From assembly GCA_002269645.1 (NCBI GenBank), contig NIVC01000013.1:124001-188000 (forward strand): DNA of 64,000 nucleotides, written 5' to 3'. Under the pieces are notes generated by a model. It was not told the DNA's origin. It did not search any database and was given only the letters and a program-made list of their open reading frames with translations. The stretch's first letter is position 1. Each line of letters starts with the position of its first letter. Of the stretch, positions 21,576 to 30,999 are shown one piece after another. Source of the DNA: Macrostomum lignano (taxonomy: Eukaryota). The translations under genes were made by a program, and so were the position numbers.

Positions 21576-22090
21576 ATGAATTTTTTTCTGATAGCGTTTA
21601 AAGAACTACTACATGGTTATCGCATCAGCCTGGTGCCGGACACACAAACCATCAGTATTAGAAAGTGGTTCAAGTCTGACGACGAGGATCATCGGCCAGG
21701 TCTGCCCGGCATGGAGCTCACCACCCATCAATTCCGACACCTGGCCAGCTTGACCAAGCGCTTGGAGGAGTTCGCTGACAGGAAACTCGATGCGCAATGG
21801 CTTCTGGGTGGCAACAGGCAAGTGGTGGTCAAAGATGGTGCAATCTCACGCTGGCGCCCGTACTGCACTTGAGACACGCCCTGTCGCTACCAACTGAGCA
21901 ATGGCGACAGCTGTGGCAACACAGGCAATGAATATTGGAAGAACTTGAAGGACCAGCCAACCCGTGGTGGCTCGGAAACTACCCATCGGAGCCCGAAGAG
22001 TGCGCGGAGTGGGCGTCAAAACTCTCGATGGACCAGCTAGTGATGTGGCCAGAGACGCAGCCAGCAGAGTGGGATGACCATTGAGAGGCA
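21576..22090 (+). pseudogene. Tandem PC4/Sub1-like (ssDNA-binding, coactivator fold) gene, frameshifted
   Basis: ISIRKWFKSDDEDHRPGLPGMELTTHQFRHL aligns with PC4 [26 protein letters not shown]. After a frameshift near 21850 a second repeat reads HALSLPTEQWRQL. Confidence 0.7.
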
Positions 22091-22458
22091 TGACAGGCAG
22101 TCCAGACCGAGTTCCAAAAACGCTATAAGCCATCAGCGGAGTCCAGCCAGCAAGCTGAAACTCCCACGCCATCAATGAAGCGCGCGCGCAAGAATTGACT
22201 TTCTCTCACTGTAAATAGTTGTTTCGGGCCATAATACTGCCCATGTGTTTTTATGCTTTGATTCGGGGCGATAATACTGTTTTGTAAATACATGCGACGA
22301 GCCTTAATGCTGCCCCTTTTGTTCTTCATTCATCTTACCACGCGAAAACATTGTATTGTATTATTTTAAAAACTCAAAAAGTGTATTTTACAGAAAAGCA
22401 TTTTATAGTAATATTAAATGATACAGGGCTCACTACTGCTGTTATGCCGTTAACGAGC

Positions 22459-23028
22459 TCAGTCAGAGTCCGGCAAAGTAGGCTCGGATGCTTGGTCTGC
22501 ATACAAAATGCGGAAGAGGGTATCAGCTGCAGTCTGAGCCTCAACCACGCTGCAAGCACCAGCTATATACAGCGATATGAATGAAACAAAAATCAACTTT
22601 ACAGAGACAGTTAACTCGAGCACAAGCCCATTTAACATTTTCGGCTCGTAGGTACCCCACTTAGACTTGACTTCCCTCAACCGGAGTGGATGGCGACCCG
22701 CGAAAAAGGCCGTCACAGAGGTAATAGTCTTGATGCGAATCTGGGGCAGACTGGTCAATCGCAAGAAGTCCGCACACAGCCTCACAATCTTCTCCGTCTC
22801 TGCGAGAGCCTCCTCCATGCTTTTGGCTCCACAGACAGACACTTGTCCAGTCGGATACACCAGCGCGGTTACTTGATGCTGCTCGCTCTTCATCACCACT
22901 GCCAGTGTTCGAGGATGAACCAGGCGATGGCGGATTGTGTGATACTGAGGCAGATGAAGAGTCAGGAAATTCGCTAGTTGTGACAGAGCCACCCGGGTCG
23001 CCAGATCGGCTCCTGTTGTTGCGACCAT
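22459..23028 (-). CDS. Divergent TATA-binding-protein (TBP)-like protein, 189 aa, intronless
   Basis: Both TBP repeats are visible: AVVMK..VTALVYPTGQVSVCGAKSMEEA vs TBP AVIMR..[22 protein letters not shown], and YEPKMLNGLV..LIFVS..LYIAGA vs YEPELFPGLI..LIFVSGKVVLTGA. Length equals the TBP core. Confidence 0.85.
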   Translation of the reverse strand: MVATTGADLATRVALSQLANFLTLHLPQYHTIRHRLVHPRTLAVVMKSEQHQVTALVYPTGQVSVCGAKSMEEALAETEKIVRLCADFLRLTSLPQIRIKTITSVTAFFAGRHPLRLREVKSKWGTYEPKMLNGLVLELTVSVKLIFVSFISLYIAGACSVVEAQTAADTLFRILYADQASEPTLPDSD

Positions 23029-23074
23029 CTTTAGACAATCGATAGTAATGTCAGTGTGTGCTGCAGATCGCTAC

Positions 23075-23083
23075 TTTTTTATA
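23075..23083 (-). promoter_or_regulatory. TATA box upstream of the TBP-like ORF
   Basis: TATAAAAAA on the minus strand about 50 nt before the ATG at 23028. Confidence 0.5.
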
Positions 23084-23089
23084 GACCCG

Positions 23090-23661
23090 TAGCCAATCAG
23101 CGTACAGCGCCACCTTGGCCAGGGCGCAGGGTAGCACGTACTTTGAGGCACTCGGAAATGCCATGTGTGCTAGGTCGTAGACAGGCTGTAACAGCAGGCG
23201 CGACAGGAATGGCACTTGACATCCCCTTAGCTGAATATCGGGCCTTGCAAGTGAGAAATATCGCTCCAGAGACAAGAGTAGGGTCGGAACCCACTCCAGT
23301 CCCAGTCTAGACCGGAGGCTTATTGGTGAGCCAGTAGCAGGTACGTTCGTCGCTGTCCTCTATCAAAGAGCTCAAAACTGTGCGGCGACCGGTAGCAATA
23401 GTAATGAGCCGTCGTTTGAACGCATGCAAACTCAACCGATGCAATTTCCTTAATCAAAAAGTCCTCTGTTTTGTAGAGGTGCGGAAATCCTTCAAAATCA
23501 ATGACAATTTGACCACTTTTCTGAGACTGCGTCTTCTTATAGTCTTGCAGCCAAGGCTTTTTCGGACTACAATTTTCTTCCCGGGGCTTTTCCAGCAGTT
23601 TTGTTACTACCAACTGCAGACAGAGGCACGTTGTTTTCCTGAAGACACGTAACAAACGCAT
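23090..23661 (-). pseudogene. DEDD-type exonuclease-like Polinton ORF, disrupted
   Basis: IVIDFEGF...FLIKEIA...YRSPHSFE...SGLDW, then stops and a frameshift; C-terminal PCALAKVALYADWL lies in another frame. Confidence 0.55.
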
Positions 23662-24510
23662 TACGTATGTATTATGTAAAGTACGTATCTTTAACTATGA
23701 AATTCAGCAGGTCCAGCAGGCTCAGCATTTCAATAGTTTAAATTCAGTATTGAAATGTATTTCAATAGGGATTTTCACTCGAACTTGTGCATGAAAATTG
23801 ACGCATGTTGTCGAAGAATTCACGGCATATTGCGTGCTTTAAATCACTGTGGACGAAAACTTACATAATTGTTCACAAAACATGTATTTCAAAGGGGATT
23901 TTAACCTGAACTTATGCATGAGAATTTACTCATTATGACAAAAATATTAACATGAAAGAGCATTTTCTCTACTGCAGCGTATTGAATATCATGAGTAAAG
24001 CATCTGTATATTTTCAAAATATACTATGGTTGTATTAAATATGCATATACTGCTTAAATCACAAAAAACGTTTACAAAAAAATTAGGAAAAGTGTTGCAA
24101 AATATTAATGTTGTAAAAATTGTCCAATTAAAATCAATCAGACGGGCAGGGGCGCTTTCGGGACTGCAGACGGTAGTGGCCGTAGGGTAGACTCTCGTTG
24201 GCGGAGATCCAAGCGCGCTTGTCCTCCAATGAGAGCGCGCTTGAGAGTGGCAACTGTTTACAGCTCATGCCGCTCACTGGCGATGCCACAGATCAAGTAA
24301 TATAGCTAGACGGCGCATGCGGATGTTCCCCACACTAAGGGGTGCGTGTCTTGTTTGTCATAGAGGAAATGGCACCCTTAGTTTTCCTTCCCCGATTGAT
24401 AATGTAACAGTGGGATAGTGGGATGCCCCTGGCCTCCACGCAGTTCTTCTGTCTAAAATCTCATCAAGCGCACATATGGTTGTACTGACTGCTAAGTACA
24501 AATGAAATGC

Positions 24511-25826
24511 GATACTGAAAGTTTTGAGATACGGCTGACTCATAAGTCACAACTGCACAAATTTTTATGTATGCATACTCTACTACCCTTAAGATGATTG
24601 GGTATAAATTTTCAGTGTTTGCGCTCTCGTCGATTTTTCACAATCACTCTTTAAAGTCAATACCCCCTACCAAACTGTACTTGCTCCAATAAAGTTGACA
24701 AACAGCGACTTTCGTGCCATGATAGTTTACGACCAGCGAAAAGGTCTCACGCAGGAACAGTGCGTTGAAAGTTTACGTGCTGCTTTTGGAGACCAAGCCC
24801 CTTCACGTGCCACAGTTTTTCGGTGGTACAGCGAATGTAAGTGGGGCCGAAGCAGCCTTGATGACGTGCCTCGGACGGGACGTCCAGCTTCCGCAGTCAC
24901 TGACGAAAACATCGCTGCTGTCCGAAGAATGATTGATGAGGACCGGCAAGTGACCTGTGCAGAGATCAGAGAGGCTCTCGGCATTGGATCGGCAGCGGTT
25001 ACAACCATCCTGCATGACAAGCTGGGAGCCTCCAAGCGGTGTGCCCGCTGGGTGCCCCACAACCTGACGGAAGACCAGAAAGCGGAGAGGGTGCGTTGGT
25101 GCGAGTTTATGCTCGAAGGATTCAATTTTGGGACCTTAAAGCGACGCTGGAAGATTAGACAGGAGATAAGATGAGACAGGTGATGAGACCTGGGTCTACC
25201 AGTACGACCCGGAAACCAAGCAGCAGTCGGCAGTTTGGCTCCTCCCGGACGATGCCACCCAACGAAGGTCAACCGGTCCGCAGTGTCGGGGAGCAGATGG
25301 TGGCGACTTTCTTCAGCCAGGCTGGCCACTTGGCAACTGTAGCGCTCCAAAACAGACGGACAGTCAATGCCGACTGGTATATCAACCAGTGCCCGCTGCT
25401 CGTGTTCGATGCGTGGCGCAGACGCCAGCCGCGCACCGGACTTCGTGGCCTGCTGTTGCACCACGACAATGCCAGTGCGCACACGGCTGCTGCAACATTG
25501 GCATTTCTGGCCGAGAATGGAGTCCAGTTGGTGACGCATCCCGCTTATTCCCCTGACCTGGCACCCTGCGACTTCTTTCTCTTCCCTTTGGTGAAGAACC
25601 AACTGCGTGGGACTCGGTTTAAGAGCCCTGAAGCAGCAAGATTCGACTTCGAGCGGGTGGTGTCAGCAGTGCCAGAAGAACAGTGGGCTGGAGCCTGGAC
25701 GCAGTGGTTTCACCGGATGAGGAAATGCGTACAAGCTGGCGGCAACTACTTCGAAAAATGTTGGCAGATATTTGCTTCAGACATTTGTGGTTTCGATGTA
25801 TCTCAAAACTTTCAGTATGCCCCTCG
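24511..25826 (+). mobile_element. Mariner (DD34D) transposon with frameshifted transposase
   Basis: HTH region, WVPHNLT, TGDETW (split by a small duplication near 25165), HHDNASAH, YSPDLAPCD with 34-aa D-D spacing. TIR ATACTGAAAGTTTTGAGATAC at both ends, right end CCCCTCG-TA; the left TIR lacks its outer ~9 bp. Confidence 0.92.
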
Positions 25827-25890
25827 TATATGGTTGATGAATTAAGAAAACTGATGAATGTGTAGCGAAAAATTATTCAATCAGCCTACC

Positions 25891-27165
25891 ATGCAGCAAG
25901 CTAATAAGCCAGGAAACTGTCACTTCTGCACAGCATTTGGTTGTAGCAACAGTGCCTCAAGTTCGTCAGCAATCTCATTTCACTCCTTCCCGAAGGACAA
26001 TGATGTTAAGAAAAAATGGATAGCTGCTCTCAACCGCAAAGATTTCAAACCCTCTGAGCACTTTACTCCAGTGTTTTGTGCAACCTGTAGAAGGATTTCG
26101 GCCATTGGAACGGAAGCGACTCTATCCAGAAGCAGTGCCCTCCATTTTTCCCATTTTCCCGAGTAATTTGAGTAGCACTCCTGCGAAGACGAGAAAGACA
26201 ATGACTTCGGCTGCTGCTGGCCAAATCGACTTCTCAAACTTCATCAAAGATGCAGAGAAAAATGCGCCCTGACAGCTGGCTGAAGAGGAAAGTGCAACCT
26301 CGGATCAGCCTCAATCTGAGGCCGCACCCGCTGATGACTGCTACCAAAACTGTGTCAGTAAGGAGCTGCTTAACAAGAAAGTGAAGGCTTTGAAAAATCT
26401 TCGGTGCCGGTACAGGAGGCTTACACAGGCAAGTGACGATTTTAAAGTAATGACCCGTTCTTTGCAACCTGCGCGTGAGCAACTGGAGAGAAAATATAGA
26501 AGAATTCGCCGTCTGCGGTCCAATAATTCGCGCTTAAAAAGTAAGGCGAAATCACTGCTTCAGCTGATCACGTCGCTAAAGGGACAGAATATCCTTTCTA
26601 CAGCTGAGGCTTCGCGACTGAACTTTCTGGCATCCAACTCTCTTCTTAACAGTTTGGTGTCCCAGAAGAATTCGCGCTCAAAGAAATTCTCTCCTGAGGT
26701 TTGCCTCGACATTGCACCTTTACAGTGCAAAGGCGTACCAGTATGTCCGTAAATACTTTCAACTTTCTCATCCTGCTACACTTCGCCGATGGACATTAAA
26801 TGTCAAATGTCTCCCCGGATTTTGCGAATTATCTTTCCAAGAGCTTTTAAGACGACGCAACTCGCCTGGTGCAGAAGCATTTGCCTACTGTAATGTGGTG
26901 GCAGATGAAATGTCGCTTTAGAAGCTGATCGAATGGGATTCCTGTGACAGCAAGTTCTTTGGCTACGTGGGCAAGGGCGACGGAGCAGTGACTGAAGAAA
27001 AGGCCACCTCTTCGCTTGTAATTATAGCCGTTGGACTCAAAAGTAACTGGAAGCTGCCCCTTGGTTACTTCTTAGTCAATGGCGTCTGTCCAATGTAATT
27101 AATTGAAGAGGCAATTGCACGCTTGTATCAGATTGGCATTATTGCGGAATCTTTCATGCTAATTT
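25891..27165 (+). mobile_element. THAP/P-element-type transposase, 3'-truncated pseudogene
   Basis: THAP: CTAFGCSN..FHSFPKD..W..AVPSIF; core: DEMSL*KLIEWD..FFGYV..NWKLPLGYF. Confidence 0.85.
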
Positions 27166-27213
27166 TTTTGAGAACATGCATGATATGAATTATATAGAGT
27201 GCACATGAATAAA

Positions 27214-30200
27214 TTAGCCAGACAGTATAGGGTGCTTAATGCTTCCATAAGGGCAGCGCCAGTGGGCGATGCGCCTGGTCAGCCACCTCTTCTCCACAAG
27301 CATGTCAAAAGTCTCCCTGTGGTCCTCCCTATGGGAGATGTCGTTTTTGACCACAGCCCGCTGAACGCCCTTGGCTTGTCGCTTGTCCTTACCAGCAGCT
27401 GAGGATGCAAAGGAGTACAGCTTCGAACGCAGCAAAATCCACTCCTGGCAGTTGGCCACGCCGTCACTCTCATTCTTGACACACCCCAGTTGGCCTTGCG
27501 CTCGTTGGAGAACAGAGGGTGGTCCTTCGGCTAATTGGACGTATCCAGCAGGAGCAGACCCTTGCCGCACAGCTCTGGCAGAAACCAGCCATCTGCATCT
27601 GGATTCTCGAGGTGAAGAAAAAACGAATCCGTGTCACCACCGAGCAGTCGCAGCATTGCATCGGGCTTCTGTTGCACCAGAGGCTTCAGGTGCCGGTGCC
27701 ACAGCTCATACATGATGAGCTTGCTATTGTCCAGAACTCACTGGCCGATATACACTGGCTTGTTGAGCACAACCTTGTGCACAAGCATGTGCACTAGAAC
27801 TAGATCCTCGCTGAAAGTTACCTGCTCACGGAACGTCGGCTTGGCCACAAGCTTTTCCAATTTTCCTGTTGAATTAACCAGGCGGTAGTCCACTCGCTTG
27901 CGAACATTCTCCATGGTCTTTCCAGACAGGGAGTTGTTTAGCAGCTTGTTGTAGTCCTTCTTGAACACATTCTTGGCCTTTACACGACGCTCGCTGTTCC
28001 GAGGAAATATGGCTCAAAGATGTGCCCCTGCTGGAAGCTCAAGACTTTGTGGACCTTGTTCAGCCACATGTCTTGGCGCAGATAAAACTAGAATTTTTGC
28101 ATGGGCTGTGTATTGCACCTTGTCATGGCACGTCAGCAAGAGCTTTAGACTGTTCGACCTATACTCTTGACCCACCTGCCCACACCGGTCGATCAGGACA
28201 CCCCACAGCTGCTGCTGGTAATCGGGCATCCGAGGTAAGCGGCTCCTTCTCGGGAGCAAATGGGAGGTCAGCCGTCTGATCATGAATCTCCTTTGGATCG
28301 ATCGATATCAAATCTACCGTAAGGATGTATCCAAGATCACCTTCCGGATCGAACTCTTCTAAAAGTCAGTGTTCCACCTGCTCAGCAGAGTCAAAAGCTA
28401 CGAATATGAAGTCATGCCGCGGCAGCTTCGTGGACAAAGCATGACCGTAAAGATTGTTTGCGTCGACTGGGATAAGGTGACACTGAGGTCGTTCTGGGTC
28501 AAATCCGTCAACAAGACCAGCATGGTTGGCCGTCGAAATGTGTGAGTTGACAAAAGTCATGCCACCACGAGTACCATCTTCAAACATGTGGTACATTTCC
28601 GGGTCGTAAAGGAGTTCCAACTCGAGATGGAAAAACTTCAGTGCCGCATCGAACGACATGCCAGGCGTGGTAATGTAATGCACCGGGTCGAGACCATCCA
28701 AAGTTAGACTCGTGTGTCTAAAGGCCTCGAAGACATCTGCGAGTTGGCGAATATCCATCTCGAGATACGCGAGCATGTAGTCCCGCATGGACTCACACTC
28801 GAACTCCCTCCAGGCCCTGTGAGCAGTAGCGTAATCCTTGTTGGAGTAAGCCTCTCCCGTGAGAACATTTCTGAATGCCTCTTGTGGGGGCGGCTGAGTA
28901 TCGCGCAGCCTCTCCACACTGGTTGTATAGGAGTAAGGAAATACACCCTTTTGCAAGAGAATGTCCTCAGAGACTCATGGGTAGCGCTGCTGCATAGCCA
29001 GCGTATGGGTGCAGCAATCCCGCTCGAGGTTCTTCAACAGCTGAGCCAGGCTACTTGCCGTGAACTGATACGAGTCGAGAAAGCGCAATCGCATTAACTT
29101 GCGTACCCAATTGTCTGCTCCAGCATCGAAAGCCTCCTCCACCATGATGCGGGCCACTAGTGTCATGTACCGCTCCTTGGTCTAGGCGATGACACAGCTC
29201 CCAGTTCTTCTTGCGACCAATCGCTGTGTTGCATAGCAAATGCATGTCGTAGCCGCGAAGATTGTGGAAGGAGACTGGCAGCGGGTCCCGCATGGGAACG
29301 GCCGCATCGTTACACTCGGGGCAGGATGCGACGAATAGCTTGCCGTTCAGATGGTCATGGAGAGGTGCCGAGAATCATTGACTGACTGGTCGCACAAGCA
29401 GCACCGTGTAGCACTTCGTAACCTTTCTTCCTCCTCAGGAGGTCGGAGGGCCTGCTGATGGCTGCAGCGCTTATTCCAGTGATAGGCCTTTACTGCAACA
29501 CCTTCGAGGGCATCAAGAAATCGAATCATGCAGGCATCGCCATCTTCGCCGGCAACCCTGTGCAAAAGCATTAGCGGTTCCTGATAGGCCGATTTGACGA
29601 TCAGGATTTTTTTAATGCCATCGTCAATGTGGAGAAACACCAAAACGCATACTTAAGGCAATCTGCCCCGTTTGAGTAGGAATTAATTACTGCTTTTTTA
29701 CCTTTAACTAGGCTGGCAATTAAAACTTTGCTGCTCCCTGCGGTAGATAATAAATAGCGGTCAACACATCAACACACCGAGTGGTCCTGATTACCCAGCC
29801 ACTGCCATTGCGTAACTACTTCTATATCCGGCTGAGGATAGTCTGCATGTCGCTAGAGAAATAGTGCTCCTCCTCGCTCCGGAGAAGAGAGTGGGCCTTG
29901 GCAGCAAACCAGGCGGTGTTCTCGGTGGCGCAGCTACCATTAATGATACGCTGCATCAGGACACCGAGGCGCAGCTGAACCTTGATGGCGGTTCCTGGCT
30001 CACGTTGATGCTGAGTGATCAAGTCAATGAAAGCTTGACGAGTGTTTTCCAAGACATTCCTCGGGTCTCCGCATGCACTGGCCCTGTAAAGTCGGGACCT
30101 GCCACTAAACGCCTCCTTGATCAATTGGAAATGTATCCTTGGGGAGGCCTCTTCGTCTGACTCAAATAGTGCTGGTATTGCGGGGCACAACGCATAGAGC

Positions 30201-30253
30201 TCCTCAATGCCTCCGACTACTGATGACTCGCAGAATTCGCAAGTTATTGGCAT
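27214..30253 (-). pseudogene. Protein-primed family B DNA polymerase (Polinton pPolB), multiple frameshifts and stops
   Basis: KKAVIN, C-x2-C before the exonuclease region, FHNLRGYD, RFLDSY, KGVFPY, TPGMSFDA, RGG, DANNLYG, KLLNNSLSGKTMEN, GDTDS, KGV..VVK, PYG, all in the expected order. Confidence 0.95.
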
Positions 30254-30269
30254 TTTTATGTTGTATTTT

Positions 30270-30815
30270 ATCTAAAAAACCTATGGGGTGCAATGCATCT
30301 GGGTGCTTAGTTTATAAAGGGTCCTGGATTCAAATACTGCACGGAGCACCAGGGACCTCTCGACCAATACAATCCCATCCCCATAATACTCGTAAATTCC
30401 GAGAAAATCAGCACCCTTCTAAATGCTTTCTTGACCAATAGAAGCCTTTCCCCCACTATATACCTCTACTCGGAAATTCCAAGCAATCGGACCCCTACAG
30501 ACTGATTACATTGAAACTCTGTCTTGCGTGTCACCACACGCGGATAGAGGATACTCACCAATGGACACTCACTCAAACTCACCCTTGGACACTCACCGGA
30601 CACTCAGCTGCTCGACCTCTCATCTGGCCTGCTCCCCACCTCTGGGCCTGCTTGACCCTACCATGGCTGATCGACCCCTAGGCTTGCCCTTCCCTCGGTC
30701 TGCCCCCGCCTCTGTCCTGCCCCACCTCCGGCCTGCCCCGCCCCGCCTCCTTGATCATTGATTTGCCCCCCTCGCTGATTGGACGTGCGCCAGACTGTAC
30801 CGTTTTTCTACTACT
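30270..30815 (-). repeat. Polinton right TIR
   Basis: Reverse complement of the left TIR; ends CTACTACT. Confidence 0.9.
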
Positions 30816-30998
30816 CGTACGTAAGCTATCAACACAGCGGCATATGTTCAAAATTCAGTTGTGACATCCGCTTAAGTTACTGATAACTCCGTTTGAAATG
30901 TGGTACGAAACGAAGTCAAATGTAACGTCCTTTCGAGTTTTCGGTTGTACAGTATACGCTCACATATCAAAAAAACGACGGAAATTTGACGAGAAGAG
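30816..30998 (+). mobile_element. Ty1/Copia integrase remnant, right half
   Basis: AINTAAYVQN..TPFEMWY..FRVFGCTVYAHI..KFDEKS continues the left fragment colinearly. Confidence 0.85.
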
Positions 30999-30999
30999 C

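Larger units (their letters stand above)
20987..30815. mobile_element. Polinton/Maverick, internally deleted (9829 bp)
   Basis: Termini AGTAGTAGGAAAATGGTACAGTTTGGCG and (rc) AGTAGTAGAAAAACGGTACAGTCTGGCG; ~600-bp imperfect TIRs; 6-bp TSD CGTACG (20981-86, 30816-21); pPolB inside; splits a Copia integrase. Confidence 0.95.

Noticed and set aside
22123-22329. Small minus-strand ORF between the PC4-like and TBP-like genes
   Set aside because: Only 68 aa with no recognisable motif; may be a decayed Polinton gene but is unsupported.
22459-23028. Host TBP/TRF gene
   Set aside because: Intronless, lacks an N-terminal extension, far more divergent than animal TBP/TRFs, and lies inside TIR/TSD boundaries.
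25851-25870. Hammerhead ribozyme core CTGATGA...GAAA
   Set aside because: The intervening bases cannot form stem II and no stems I/III are present; other CTGATGA hits I checked also failed.
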